This document shows, piece after piece, positions 31,431 through 41,979 of a DNA stretch of 64,000 bases. The notes beneath the pieces were generated by a model. That model was not told the DNA's origin, searched no databases, and was given only the letters and a program-made list of their open reading frames with translations. This DNA comes from a bacterium (lineage in GTDB: Bacteria; JAMCPX01): NCBI GenBank assembly GCA_037439545.1, contig JBBIVV010000003.1:26104-90103 (forward strand). Reading direction: 5' to 3'. Positions within the stretch are counted from its first letter, which is position 1. Every line of letters starts with the position of its first letter. A program made the translations under genes and the position numbers.

Positions 31431-32452
31431 TGCTGATAAAAAGATTCGTAATCATTGCTCTCATTGTTTCGTCAGGGTGCGCACCTTCCATCACCTCGAA
31501 TTTTCTTATTCCGCCGTCGAGTATTAATACTATAAGCTGTATTGCAGTGCTTCCCTTAAAGAACGATACTCAGAATCCCAATGCCGGCAATGTAATATCA
31601 GACATACTTTCAGTGGCGCTCATGAAACAGGGCGGGTTCAACGTTATGGACAGGATGGAGGTTGAGAGGGTTTTAAGGGAAAGGGATATCTATACACCGG
31701 ATGGGATAGCGCCGGACGATGCGGCGGGAATGGGCATTATATTGGGTGTGCAGGCTGTATTTACCGGAAAGGTAACACGGTATGTGTATAAACCGTCAAG
31801 CCTTGCAACAGAAGGGGCAATACCGCTTGTAGACATCGCACTTTCTCTTATTGATACAACGACCGGACAGACTCTGTGGACCGGTGAAGGCACATTCTCG
31901 TCATCCGGTTTGCTTGCTGCAGGTACGACACCAATCACCGATGCTGTGCAGGATGGCGTGACGCAGCTTCTTGATTCATTGTATGCCGGAATAGGCCAGA
32001 AACCCGAGCCGCCATCCGGTATGTGCTGGTATGATCCGAACACGATATTCTCAAGAGTAATTATTGCAAATCAGCCGGCGCCCCGGCCTGTTCAAAGACC
32101 CGCGGTTTCTTATGCTCCAAGGCCTGTGCAGGAACAGCAGGTCGCATCTGTAACTGTGCCAGAACAAAGGCCTCAGGCGCAGTTGCCGCAGGCAAAGGTA
32201 TCGGTAATGAATGCAAGCGGCAGCCCGAAGGCATCGATAGTGGTGGGTGTGACGCTTATAAAAAGTAAAATCAATGTGGTAAATGTAAGTATGGAAAAGC
32301 GTGTAAAACCGAGAAGTACGATATATTACAAACCGGCTTACCATGAACAGGCGCTTGCCATAGCAAGATTATTTAAAAAAACACCCTCTCTCGTACAGTC
32401 GCAGACATTTAAATGGGACATAACATTCGTTATCGGCAGGGATTTAAAATAG
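31427..32452 (+). CDS. CsgG/PelC/DUF799-like lipoprotein with a Pro/Gln linker and a LytR C-terminal-like domain
   Basis: Lipobox SSGC; IAVLPLKN...AG; LGVQAVFTGKV; LIDTTTGQTLW; C-terminal VSVMNASG...STIYY...DITFVIGRD. Confidence 0.62.
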   Translation: MMLIKRFVIIALIVSSGCAPSITSNFLIPPSSINTISCIAVLPLKNDTQNPNAGNVISDILSVALMKQGGFNVMDRMEVERVLRERDIYTPDGIAPDDAAGMGIILGVQAVFTGKVTRYVYKPSSLATEGAIPLVDIALSLIDTTTGQTLWTGEGTFSSSGLLAAGTTPITDAVQDGVTQLLDSLYAGIGQKPEPPSGMCWYDPNTIFSRVIIANQPAPRPVQRPAVSYAPRPVQEQQVASVTVPEQRPQAQLPQAKVSVMNASGSPKASIVVGVTLIKSKINVVNVSMEKRVKPRSTIYYKPAYHEQALAIARLFKKTPSLVQSQTFKWDITFVIGRDLK

Positions 32453-32469
32453 GGACCGGAGGAAATTTT

Positions 32470-33612
32470 ATGAAGCAAAACAAGTTATTCCTTTGTACGC
32501 TTTTTATATTGATTGTCATTATAATGCCCCGCAGTGTGTATGCCGCAGGCGATCACGAGAGATTATTGAAAGCGTATCTTTCATTGAGCGATGCTTATGA
32601 TACGAATGTTTTAGGAGCCGGAGGGCAGGCTAAAGACAAGTCGGATAACATTATCTATATTCAGCCGTCCCTCGATTTCCTTCTGCCTTTCAGGTTTGGA
32701 GCCGACCTTAATGTTAATTATACTTTTACCTACCTCAACTACAGCAAATATACGCAATACAATACCTACTACAACGATCTCAATGCATCACTCAACTTCT
32801 ATCCGGTAGATAATCTCATATTTGGCATAAGCGATCAATATGTGGCAGTCCCTATATCTCCGCAGCTGCCGACGTTTGCAGCAACAAATATAACGCAGGT
32901 AAATTACCTTAATCCTTATATCGCCTATAAATTCCCGATTATGACGAGGTTCTCCATAGATGTCAGATACGATTACATAAAAGTTGATTTCCCCGGCTCG
33001 CTTGGCATTGCATACAGCATCAATGAGCCGCAGATAGATGCGGCTTGGCTTCCGAACCGTTACTTAAAAATTAAACCGGGTTTCAAGTATATATCCCAGA
33101 CATTCACGGCATCATCGTTAGGGACAATTAATCAGTCTATACCCTATATAGAAGTTGCTATATCGGATGGATCGAAACTGACTTTTACAGGTAATTACAG
33201 CTATGTTGCATTTAGCTTTACTAATAATACACAATCCGGCAGTATATATCTCGCGAAGCTTACATATAAGCCGGATGACAGACTTGATACCGACTTGTAC
33301 GTGGATGGATCAAAGGCTTTCGATATATTCGGCAGGTTATACACGAACTTTGAAACCGGATTGGATGCGACCTATAAGATGACGGATCAAGTAAACGGTA
33401 CGATCGGAGCTAAATACCTGAAGCTTAAATATGCAGGGGAGAATTACTATGAAGATGCTTATGGATTTAATATTGGAATCAATTACAAGTTTATAAGGTG
33501 GGCTGAGTTATTTGCGACATACTACTATTTCAATGAAAAACCGGAATCATCAAGTGTTATTGGCTATCAGGACTCAAGGATACTCTTCGGTATCCGTGCG
33601 GGCCTGCTGTAA
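32470..33612 (+). CDS. Outer-membrane beta-barrel (polysaccharide-export-associated, BBP2-like)
   Basis: Signal peptide; 'YDTNV' start motif; Tyr-rich amphipathic beta strands; sits directly before the OPX gene. Confidence 0.7.
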   Translation: MKQNKLFLCTLFILIVIIMPRSVYAAGDHERLLKAYLSLSDAYDTNVLGAGGQAKDKSDNIIYIQPSLDFLLPFRFGADLNVNYTFTYLNYSKYTQYNTYYNDLNASLNFYPVDNLIFGISDQYVAVPISPQLPTFAATNITQVNYLNPYIAYKFPIMTRFSIDVRYDYIKVDFPGSLGIAYSINEPQIDAAWLPNRYLKIKPGFKYISQTFTASSLGTINQSIPYIEVAISDGSKLTFTGNYSYVAFSFTNNTQSGSIYLAKLTYKPDDRLDTDLYVDGSKAFDIFGRLYTNFETGLDATYKMTDQVNGTIGAKYLKLKYAGENYYEDAYGFNIGINYKFIRWAELFATYYYFNEKPESSSVIGYQDSRILFGIRAGLL

Positions 33613-34462
33613 GCTGATACTTTTAGTATTTATTATATCTCTCCTGTTTGTCCCGAACATTCATGCGCAGGATGAATATACCATAGGTCCTTCCGATGTA
33701 CTGCATATAGAAGTTTTCGGAGAGAATGATCTCACAGGCGATTTCACGGTTTCTCAGGACGGGACCATAAAAAATATATTACTTGGAGATGTCACGGTCC
33801 AGGGGCTTACTACAGCACAGGCAGAAGCATTGCTTACCGAAGAGCTCGGCAGTGACTATCTTGTCGATCCGAAGGTTTCAGTCTCCATTAAAGAATACAA
33901 GAGCCATAAAGTGTATGTTCTCGGTGAGATCGATAAACCGGGAACCTACGCACTGACGACAAAAAGCAGCCTGCTTGATATACTCCTGAAAGCAGGAGGA
34001 CCTACTTCGAATGCAGGAGACAATGTTTCTATCCTGCGCAGTGCAGACGGAACGCTCACGCATATACGGGTCGACATCACAAAACTTTTTATTGAAGGAG
34101 ACCTGTCTCAGAACATACCGATTAAAGACGGGGACATAATCTATGTGGCGCGGCAGGAAAAGGGTAACATCACGAGCAGGTTCTTTGAGAAAAGACTGAA
34201 CGTTTTTTATGTTGTCGGCGAGGTTAAATCTCCGGGCTCCTATGAGCTGCAAGAGGGCTACACGGTGTTGAATGCAATACTTCAGGCGGGCGGTTTTACG
34301 GACTATGCAAAGAAGAACGGAGTCATGCTCGTCCGGTACGAGGACGGTAAGAAAAAAGTGTATCACATTAAAATGGGCGATGTGATGAACAAAGGCGATC
34401 TGTCCGATGACATGCATGTGCAGGCATCGGATCTTATAATCGTTCCGGAGAGTCTGTTTTAA
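33596..34462 (+). CDS. Polysaccharide export OPX/Wza-family protein (Poly_export + 2 SLBB)
   Basis: YTIGPSDVLHIEVFGE.DL, V.QDGTI, VYVLGEI..PG.Y, VVGEV..PG.Y, AGGFTDYA; ends DLIIVPESLF. Probable GTG start at 33596 gives a signal peptide. Confidence 0.85.
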   Translation: MRACCKLILLVFIISLLFVPNIHAQDEYTIGPSDVLHIEVFGENDLTGDFTVSQDGTIKNILLGDVTVQGLTTAQAEALLTEELGSDYLVDPKVSVSIKEYKSHKVYVLGEIDKPGTYALTTKSSLLDILLKAGGPTSNAGDNVSILRSADGTLTHIRVDITKLFIEGDLSQNIPIKDGDIIYVARQEKGNITSRFFEKRLNVFYVVGEVKSPGSYELQEGYTVLNAILQAGGFTDYAKKNGVMLVRYEDGKKKVYHIKMGDVMNKGDLSDDMHVQASDLIIVPESLF

Positions 34463-34463
34463 A

Positions 34464-36314
34464 ATGTCTTCACATATAACGGAAACAAAAAGCGACATAA
34501 AGTATTATATCGATATACTCTATCAACGCCGGCTGCTTATTGCTGTCGTGTTTGTCGTTACCATGGTCATGATAATAATTGCCTATGCAGTAACGCCTCC
34601 GATGTATACGGGTAAGACAAAGCTGCTGATAGAGCCGGAGCATTACACAAGCCTCAATACGAACAATACGGATCAAAACCAGCAATCCTTTTATTTTCAA
34701 ACACAGCTCGAACTTATGAGAAGCGAGCCGGTGATACATCTTGCAGCACAGAGCCTCGGCTTCCAGAAAGGAACAAAAGAGTTTTATGAAACGACCGGAA
34801 AACTGAGAAAAGACCTCCGTGTTGACCGTATTCAGGATTCAAGGATATTCACCATCTCAATAAAATCTCATAGTCCCGCATTTGCCGCCCGGGCTGCAAA
34901 TGCCATAGCCGACAGCTACATAAGATTTTTAGACGAGCAGAGGAAGAAGCGTATAAGCGATATTACACTGTGGCTGCAGGGAGAGCTGACATCACTGAAA
35001 AATAAGGTCGAAAGCTCGGAGATGAAACTCATAAAATATGTCGAAGATAAGGAGACCAGCAACAGCAGTGATACTTTTATGTTTCTCGGAGGACCTGACA
35101 ACAATACAGGTGCAAAAGCCCTGTCCGAGCTCGAAACGAAGTATATTACGCTCCAGATAGAACTTACGAATATGCTTCAGAAATACAAAGATAAATATCC
35201 TTTAGTCGTTCAGTTACGAAATGATCTGAAAGCACTCAATATAAGAATAAACATGATGAAGCAGGCAATGCTTGAAGCAAATAAAAGCCGGATACAGTAT
35301 GTCATGCTGAGCAGGGATGCGGAATTGAGCAAGGATCTCTACAGCATGCTCACCAAGGAATTGAAAGAGGTGGACGTTTTCGGGGAGATCGGTTACCCCA
35401 CAGCAACAATCCTAGAACATGCCGGTATACCGACCGGCAGATCGGACCAGGGATTTATGTTCTGGCTGTTGTTCGGCTTAATAGCGTCGACACTGACCGG
35501 CGTCGTGTCTGCAATGATTGCCGATCAATTGGACAATAGTATCAAAGGAGAAACGGACATAGAGCGGTTTGTGAAGTATCCTATTATTGGTGCACTGCCG
35601 TTTCTTGAAGAGCTCAAAAACAGCGAACCTCATAAGCTTTTAGGCTTGCTGAACAGCACGACATCCCAGATTTATGCCGAGGCATTGAGACTTATCAGGA
35701 CAAACCTTAAGTATTCTTTTGTCACGAAATCAGGCAGGGTATTGTTGGTCACCTCGACCGGAGAAAATGAAGGGAAAACAACCATGTCGACGAGTCTTGC
35801 GTATATACTGTCCATTACAGGGTCAAAGGTCCTGCTCCTCGATGCCGATGTCAAGAAACCGACGATACATAAGCTGTTCGACACCGAACGTATACCCGGG
35901 TATACAGAGCTGCTGATAGAAGAAAAAAATTCTATTATGGATGTAATCAAACAGAGCAGTTATAGTTCGCTTTATTATCTTACCTCCGGCAGACAACCGC
36001 CCAACTTTGCTGAGCTGCTCGACTCTCCGCGATCGAAGGAATTCATAGAGATGCTGAGGAGCAATTTCGATTATGTTATAATAGATTCACCTCCGGTCGG
36101 TATCGTTTCTGATGCCGCTATACTGTCATCACAGGTCGATGGTATACTCTTTGTCATTAAGGCCAACGGATATCCGAGGGAGCACATTATGAGGAGCATT
36201 AAAGCCTTGTCCGGGATCAATGCGAAGATAGCAGGTATCGTCTTGACGCATCTTGATAAGGGTAAGGGGTATTACAGAGATTATTACTACAGCAAAGGTT
36301 ATTATCATGAATGA
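34464..36314 (+). CDS. Wzc-like polysaccharide co-polymerase / BY-kinase
   Basis: Two TM helices flanking a coiled coil; Walker A NEGKTT, A' DAD.KKP, Walker B IIDSPP; C-terminal Tyr cluster GYYRDYYYSKGYY. Confidence 0.88.
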   Translation: MSSHITETKSDIKYYIDILYQRRLLIAVVFVVTMVMIIIAYAVTPPMYTGKTKLLIEPEHYTSLNTNNTDQNQQSFYFQTQLELMRSEPVIHLAAQSLGFQKGTKEFYETTGKLRKDLRVDRIQDSRIFTISIKSHSPAFAARAANAIADSYIRFLDEQRKKRISDITLWLQGELTSLKNKVESSEMKLIKYVEDKETSNSSDTFMFLGGPDNNTGAKALSELETKYITLQIELTNMLQKYKDKYPLVVQLRNDLKALNIRINMMKQAMLEANKSRIQYVMLSRDAELSKDLYSMLTKELKEVDVFGEIGYPTATILEHAGIPTGRSDQGFMFWLLFGLIASTLTGVVSAMIADQLDNSIKGETDIERFVKYPIIGALPFLEELKNSEPHKLLGLLNSTTSQIYAEALRLIRTNLKYSFVTKSGRVLLVTSTGENEGKTTMSTSLAYILSITGSKVLLLDADVKKPTIHKLFDTERIPGYTELLIEEKNSIMDVIKQSSYSSLYYLTSGRQPPNFAELLDSPRSKEFIEMLRSNFDYVIIDSPPVGIVSDAAILSSQVDGILFVIKANGYPREHIMRSIKALSGINAKIAGIVLTHLDKGKGYYRDYYYSKGYYHE

Positions 36315-36372
36315 CGAACCCAAAAAATGCGTATGCAAAACGGAAAAGTGTGCGTAAAGCGGTTCTTCAGGC

Positions 36373-37563
36373 TTACTCAAATATGATTCTTATCTGCTTC
36401 CTTCTGCCTGCCTGTAGTATATAACTGCCCTTTGCATCTATTTTAGAGAATATGTTGTTCACGGCTGCGTTATTTATGGTAACGCCGCCTCCCTGGATAA
36501 GACGTTTCGCTTCTGATTTACTCGGGACAAGAGCGGCATCTACAAGGAGCTGATAGACAAAAGCAGGCCCGGTGGTCGAGCTGAGCTTAAGCTCTTCAAG
36601 TTTATCGGGTACTTCTTTTTTTGAAAACACTTTTTCGAACACTTCTTGTGCATGATGTGCGTCGGCTTCTGAGTAAAACTTTTTGCAGATCATGAAAGCA
36701 AGCCGCTTCTTTATCTCCATGGGATTTGTCTCCCTTTGTCGTGTGTGTGCTTTTAATGTATTTATATCGTCCCGGGACATCTCCGTCAGGAGTTCATAGT
36801 AAGTCCACATAAGTTCATCACTGATACTCATGATCTTTCCGAATATCATATCAACCGGTTCGTCAATGCCTATATAATTTCCATAGGACTTGCTCATCTT
36901 TTTGATACCGTCGAGTCCGGGCAGCAGGGGCATGGTAAGGACCACCTGGGCAGGCTGGTTGTAAGCCTCTTGGAGGACCCTCCCGACAAGTAGGTTAAAC
37001 TTCTGGTCCGAGCCTCCGATCTCAACGTCCGCGTGAAGCATAACAGAGTCATAACCCTGCATCAGGGGGTAGAGCAGCTCATGGATGCCGATAGGCTTTT
37101 TTTCTGAATACCGTTTCGTAAAATCGTCTCTTTCAAGCAGTCTTGCAACGGTATATTTCGATGCAATTCTTATCAATTCCATCATATCGAGCTTTAAAAA
37201 CCATTCGGAATTATAATGTACTTCTGTCTTTGACGGATCAAGGATCTTAAAGGCCTGTTTCATGTATGTCTGTGCATTTTCATGGACCTGTTCCTGAGAG
37301 AGCTGGGGCCTTGTCACGGACACGCCCGTAGGATCACCTATCATTGCCGTAAAATCACCGATAAGAAAAATAACGGTGTGTCCCGCAATCTGGAAATGTC
37401 TTAATTTCTCCATCAATACCGTGTGCCCGAGATGGATATCCGCTGAAGTCGGATCAAACCCTGCTTTTACTCTGAGAGGTTTTTTTGATGCAATCCGCTT
37501 CTTTAATTCTTCTTTTTGAATTATCTCGACAGCGCCTTTTTCTATAAGGGATAATGGTTCCAT
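36373..37563 (-). CDS. tyrS: Tyrosine--tRNA ligase
   Basis: [34 protein letters not shown]-terminal S4 domain. Confidence 0.96.
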   Translation of the reverse strand: MEPLSLIEKGAVEIIQKEELKKRIASKKPLRVKAGFDPTSADIHLGHTVLMEKLRHFQIAGHTVIFLIGDFTAMIGDPTGVSVTRPQLSQEQVHENAQTYMKQAFKILDPSKTEVHYNSEWFLKLDMMELIRIASKYTVARLLERDDFTKRYSEKKPIGIHELLYPLMQGYDSVMLHADVEIGGSDQKFNLLVGRVLQEAYNQPAQVVLTMPLLPGLDGIKKMSKSYGNYIGIDEPVDMIFGKIMSISDELMWTYYELLTEMSRDDINTLKAHTRQRETNPMEIKKRLAFMICKKFYSEADAHHAQEVFEKVFSKKEVPDKLEELKLSSTTGPAFVYQLLVDAALVPSKSEAKRLIQGGGVTINNAAVNNIFSKIDAKGSYILQAGRRKQIRIIFE

Positions 37564-37604
37564 AGTTATTTTTTATATATGCGGTTTTCTGTCATAAGAT
37601 ATGA

Positions 37605-37633
37605 AAAAGGACGGTCACCATGACCGTCCTTTT
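37605..37633 (-). terminator. Intrinsic terminator
   Basis: aaaaggacggtca-cca-tgaccgtcctttt immediately after the ferredoxin stop. Confidence 0.75.
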
Positions 37634-37638
37634 ATTGT

Positions 37639-37854
<216 letters not shown>

Positions 37855-37869
37855 TTAATATTTTAAACA

Positions 37870-39060
37870 TCATTTTTTTAACATCTCTGCATATTCATGG
37901 TCAACTATATTAAACATAGTATTGTTTTTTATGGATGACAATAGGTCAGGCTTTTTATACAACTCCATTGCAGTCAATGCAAGTAACAGAGAACCTGTTG
38001 CGAGGGCCCTGTATGCTTCAGGAGTGTCCGCCTGTTTTTTGAATGCCTCCGAATGTGCGGGGCAGGTAGTATCCGTTATAGCAAGAGTCGGATGCAATGT
38101 CGGAATAACCGCGCTTACATTGCCTATATCGGAGGATCCCATTTCATTGTCTGTAAAAAAGTTGTCTATTTTCACGTGCAGCTTTTTTAACTGCAGGGCA
38201 AACAGTTTTGCACATGCAAGGTGAGGACGCAGAGGGTAATAAACATTGCCTATAGAATGAATCTCATAATCAAGGCCAAATGCCTTTGCCGTCCCTTTTA
38301 CCATAGTGATGAACCGTTTGAGCAGTTTATGATGCGACTCGATCTGTTTCGACCTCAGAAAAAACTCTGCATGAGCCGCGTCAGGAATGATATTGGCCGC
38401 AGTGCCTCCTTGTTTTATGATACCGTTTATTTTATCTCCATCATTCATGGTAATTCTGTTTATATCTATTGTCTGGAAGAGTGACTGCAAGCCCGTAAGG
38501 GCATTCTTACCTTTCCACGGTGTTGCGGATGCATGGGAAGAAATACCCCTGAAGGTAACGCCGAGTCTTTGGAGTGACAACGACAACTTTACGATCTCCG
38601 TTTTATCCGCAGGATGAATCATGAAAGCAGCATCGATATTCCCGAAAATGCCCTTTTTCACCAGCACTGCTTTCCCACCGATTGTTTCCTCAGCCGGACA
38701 ACCTATAACATGTATCGTTCCGCCTTTTGATTTCAGCATGGATGCAATTCCTATTGCGGATAGTACCGACATGCCTGCAATCAAATGGTGACCGCATGCA
38801 TGCCCCATGCCTTCCAGGGCATCGTATTCAGCGAGCAATGCAATGTGCGGTTTGCCTGCACCATAGGCTGCGGTGAAGGCAGTAGGCATGCCGCGGACAT
38901 CTCTTATAGAGAAGCCGTGTTTTTTGAGCAGCGTGCAGAGCCTGGCTTTTGCCTTGAATTCGTGCAAGCCGGTTTCAGGATTTCGATATAAGTATTTCGC
39001 AGTATCTCTTACTTCAGGATAGGCTCGATGCAGAGCTTTTGAAAGCGGTGAGGTTGATAT
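37870..39060 (-). CDS. M20 family amidohydrolase (AbgB/Acy1L2-like); start codon uncertain
   Basis: LAEYDAL..MGHACGHH, GCPAEE, SHA..PW.GKNAL, GSSDIGNVS. The reading frame stays open and family-like (YLYRNPETGLHEF) 31 codons upstream of the TTG at 38967, up to ATA at 39060. Confidence 0.85.
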   Translation of the reverse strand: MSTSPLSKALHRAYPEVRDTAKYLYRNPETGLHEFKAKARLCTLLKKHGFSIRDVRGMPTAFTAAYGAGKPHIALLAEYDALEGMGHACGHHLIAGMSVLSAIGIASMLKSKGGTIHVIGCPAEETIGGKAVLVKKGIFGNIDAAFMIHPADKTEIVKLSLSLQRLGVTFRGISSHASATPWKGKNALTGLQSLFQTIDINRITMNDGDKINGIIKQGGTAANIIPDAAHAEFFLRSKQIESHHKLLKRFITMVKGTAKAFGLDYEIHSIGNVYYPLRPHLACAKLFALQLKKLHVKIDNFFTDNEMGSSDIGNVSAVIPTLHPTLAITDTTCPAHSEAFKKQADTPEAYRALATGSLLLALTAMELYKKPDLLSSIKNNTMFNIVDHEYAEMLKK

Positions 39061-39618
39061 TTAAACCTCCATAATTTCTTTATCTTTCTTTTGGACAAGC
39101 TCATCAATCTTTTTTATATATTCATCGGTGACCGTTTGGATCTTTTTCTGAAGCGTTTTGGAGTCATCTTCGCTGATCTGCTTGTCTTTTTCCGTCTTCT
39201 TGAGCTCGTCATTCGATGTCCTTCTGATGTTTCTGACTTCTACCCGTGCTTCCTCTGACATCTTTCCGATTACCCTGGTGAGTTCCTTCCGCCTTTCCTC
39301 TGTCAGAGGCGGTATCGATATGCGGACAACCTTCCCATCGTTTATTGGAGTCAAGCCAAGCTCTGACGCAAGTATTGCTTTTTCGATTGCCTGGATTGCC
39401 TTGATGTCCCATGGTTGTATCACTATTTGTTTCGGATCGGACGCTGAAACAGACGATATCTGGTTCAAAGGAGTAAGGGTGCCGTAGTAATCCACTTTTA
39501 TAATATCGAGAATCGAAACAGATGCCCTGCCTGTTCTCAGCTTAGAAAGCTCGCCTTTGAATGCGGTAATGGCTTTTTCCATCTTTTCCTTTGCAGTGTG
39601 CAGTACGGTTTCATTCAT
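39061..39618 (-). CDS. frr: Ribosome recycling factor
   Basis: LRTGRAS, VDYYG, IPPLTEERRKEL, VRNIRR. Confidence 0.97.
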   Translation of the reverse strand: MNETVLHTAKEKMEKAITAFKGELSKLRTGRASVSILDIIKVDYYGTLTPLNQISSVSASDPKQIVIQPWDIKAIQAIEKAILASELGLTPINDGKVVRISIPPLTEERRKELTRVIGKMSEEARVEVRNIRRTSNDELKKTEKDKQISEDDSKTLQKKIQTVTDEYIKKIDELVQKKDKEIMEV

Positions 39619-39623
39619 CTCCT

Positions 39624-40346
39624 CTACCTCCCCGTAATAAGTGTCCCAACTTTTTTACCCATTACTATGCTTTTTATGTTGTCCTTGATGTTGATGTCAA
39701 AAACGATTATCGGAAAGTTGTTGTCCATACTCAGCGATATGGCTGTAGAATCCATAACCTTCAAGCCCCGTTTCAGGACATCAATGTATTTTAACTGATC
39801 GAACTTTACGGCGGATTTTACAAGGTTCGGGTCAGCATCGTACACGCCGTCCACTTTGGTTGCCTTCATCAGTATCTCTGCTTTTATTTCTATTGCCCTT
39901 AACGCAGCAGCCGTATCTGTCGTAAAATACGGATTTCCCGTACCGCCTGCAAATATTACAACTCTGCCTTTCTCAAGGTGCCTTATTGCTCTTCTTCTTA
40001 TGTAGGGCTCTGCAATCTCATGCATTTCTATGGCACTCTGGACCCTTGTTTGTATGTCGTTATGCTCGAGCACATCCTGCAGAGCAATCGCATTGATCGT
40101 CGTCGACAGCATACCCATATAATCGGCGGTTGCCCTGTCTATGCCGATGTCATGGGATAAATTATCACCCCTGATAAGATTGCCTCCGCCTATGACCATG
40201 GCGACCTGAACTCCGAGTCCTATTATCTCCTTGATCTGATCTGCGATGTCCCGCAGCGTGGTCGATGAAAAACCGCTTCCCCTGTCTCCGCCGAGTATCT
40301 CACCGCTGAGCTTTAAAAGTATTCTTTTATACTTAAGGTTGGCCAT
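39624..40346 (-). CDS. pyrH: UMP kinase
   Basis: [29 protein letters not shown]. Confidence 0.97.
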   Translation of the reverse strand: MANLKYKRILLKLSGEILGGDRGSGFSSTTLRDIADQIKEIIGLGVQVAMVIGGGNLIRGDNLSHDIGIDRATADYMGMLSTTINAIALQDVLEHNDIQTRVQSAIEMHEIAEPYIRRRAIRHLEKGRVVIFAGGTGNPYFTTDTAAALRAIEIKAEILMKATKVDGVYDADPNLVKSAVKFDQLKYIDVLKRGLKVMDSTAISLSMDNNFPIIVFDINIKDNIKSIVMGKKVGTLITGR

Positions 40347-40357
40347 TGCTCGCTTTG

Positions 40358-40963
40358 TTATTTTGCTGTCTCTCCAAGCTGGTATCTGGCAAATCTCCTT
40401 ATAATGATGTTTTCTCCCACCTTTGCGATAAGCGACTTCAGCAAGTCACCGATGATGATATTGGGGTCGCGTATATAACTCTGCTCTACCAGGCAGGTCT
40501 CTTTATAAAATTTTTCAAGTTTTCCCTGCACCATCTTTTCTATGACGGCAGGCGGCTTTCCCGATGCCTTCGACTGTTCTGCGTATATCTCTTTTTCCTT
40601 TTGAAGCACGTCGGCAGGCACCGATTCCCTGCCTATGTACAGGGGATTTGCCGCTGCTATCTGCATTGCAATGTCTTTTGCAAAATTCTTGAAGTCCTGA
40701 GTTCTGCCGACGAAATCAGTTTCGCAGTTGATCTCGACCATCACGCCTATCTTGTTGCCGGCATGTATGTATGATTCAATAACACCCTCAATAGCGCTCC
40801 TCCCGATCTTCTTCGATGCAGAGGCAATACCTTTTTTTCTGAGGATATCGACTGCTTTGTCGAAATCATTGTTCGCTTCTACGAGAGCGCCCTTGCACTC
40901 CATTATACCTGCCCCGGTTTTTTCCCGCAGGGTCTTCACCATTTCAGCAGTTATTTCTGCCAT
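40358..40963 (-). CDS. tsf: Elongation factor Ts (short form)
   Basis: [25 protein letters not shown]; lies between rpsB and pyrH. Confidence 0.97.
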   Translation of the reverse strand: MAEITAEMVKTLREKTGAGIMECKGALVEANNDFDKAVDILRKKGIASASKKIGRSAIEGVIESYIHAGNKIGVMVEINCETDFVGRTQDFKNFAKDIAMQIAAANPLYIGRESVPADVLQKEKEIYAEQSKASGKPPAVIEKMVQGKLEKFYKETCLVEQSYIRDPNIIIGDLLKSLIAKVGENIIIRRFARYQLGETAK

Positions 40964-40981
40964 CTCATTTCACTCCTTTCG

Positions 40982-41803
40982 TTATTCGAATTTGTCCGGG
41001 ACATCGAGCTGTTTGTCGTCCCCTGTCTCTTCCGTTGCCGTTCCTTCCGGTCCAGCTGCATCCGCGTTTACCGGTGCAGATGCGTCCGGTGCTTCTTCTG
41101 CGGCCGGCGACTGCTCGCCCCTGATCTTCGAACCTTCGAGACAGGCATCAGCTATTTTCGAAGTTAACAGCTTAATGGCCCTTATCGCATCGTCGTTCGC
41201 CGGTATCGGGTACTGGATGAGTTCCGGATTACAGTTTGTGTCCACGATACCTACGATAGGTATACCGAGTTTGTTCGCTTCTTTCACGGTGATGAGCTCG
41301 TGGTTTGTATCGACGATAAAAAGCATGTCTGGCAGCTTCTTCATATTTCTTACGCCGCCCAGATACTTGATAAGTTTTTCCTTTTCCTTGGTGAGCTGCA
41401 TCTGCTCTTTCTTTGTAATCTTCTCGAACGTGCCGTCTGTTTCCATCTTTTCAATGGACTCGAGTCTCGAGAGGTTGCTCCTTATAGTTTTGAAGTTCGT
41501 CAGCATGCCGCCAAGCCAGCGTATATTGACATAGAACATGCCCGCTCTTTCAGCCTCTTCTTTGATTGATTCCTGCGCCTGTTTCTTGGTGCCGACAAAC
41601 AGGACATGTCCCCTTGAGCCAACCGTGTTGACAACTGCGTCATAAGCCACTTTCAGTGATTCGAGGGTCTTCTGCAGATCTATGATATAGATCTTGTTCC
41701 TCGCTTCAAAAATGAACGGCTTCATTTTTGGGTCCCACCTGTTCGTCTGGTGTCCGAAGTGCACTCCTGCTTCAAGCAGGTCTTTCATTGTTACGTCAAA
41801 CAT
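40982..41803 (-). CDS. rpsB: 30S ribosomal protein S2
   Basis: [38 protein letters not shown] 41803 follows AGGAGG. Confidence 0.97.
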   Translation of the reverse strand: MFDVTMKDLLEAGVHFGHQTNRWDPKMKPFIFEARNKIYIIDLQKTLESLKVAYDAVVNTVGSRGHVLFVGTKKQAQESIKEEAERAGMFYVNIRWLGGMLTNFKTIRSNLSRLESIEKMETDGTFEKITKKEQMQLTKEKEKLIKYLGGVRNMKKLPDMLFIVDTNHELITVKEANKLGIPIVGIVDTNCNPELIQYPIPANDDAIRAIKLLTSKIADACLEGSKIRGEQSPAAEEAPDASAPVNADAAGPEGTATEETGDDKQLDVPDKFE

Positions 41804-41893
41804 TCTAACCTCCTGGTTTTGTTCTTCCACCTGCAGTGTGCTCGGTTTCAGGACTCCTGAGAGCACCCCTGAACCAATATGCAGATGTGTTTT
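41804..41893 (-). promoter_or_regulatory. Putative rpsB (S2) autoregulatory leader RNA
   Basis: Minus-strand leader acacatctgca...ggttcaggGGTGctc...cctgaaacc...tgcaggtg forms nested stems ahead of the SD, like known rpsB leaders. Confidence 0.55.
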
Positions 41894-41979
41894 TTAATTT
41901 ATAGGGGCACAGCGAACTGTGCCCCTATTCTTGTTACACAAAACAATCTACTATTCAAATAATTGTTAAGTCAAGCAGA

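Noticed and set aside
40728..41534. 268-aa ORF antisense to rpsB/tsf (likewise the antisense ORFs over groEL and the macB-like gene)
   Set aside because: These lie almost entirely opposite highly conserved genes and have typical antisense Ser/Ile/Phe-rich composition.
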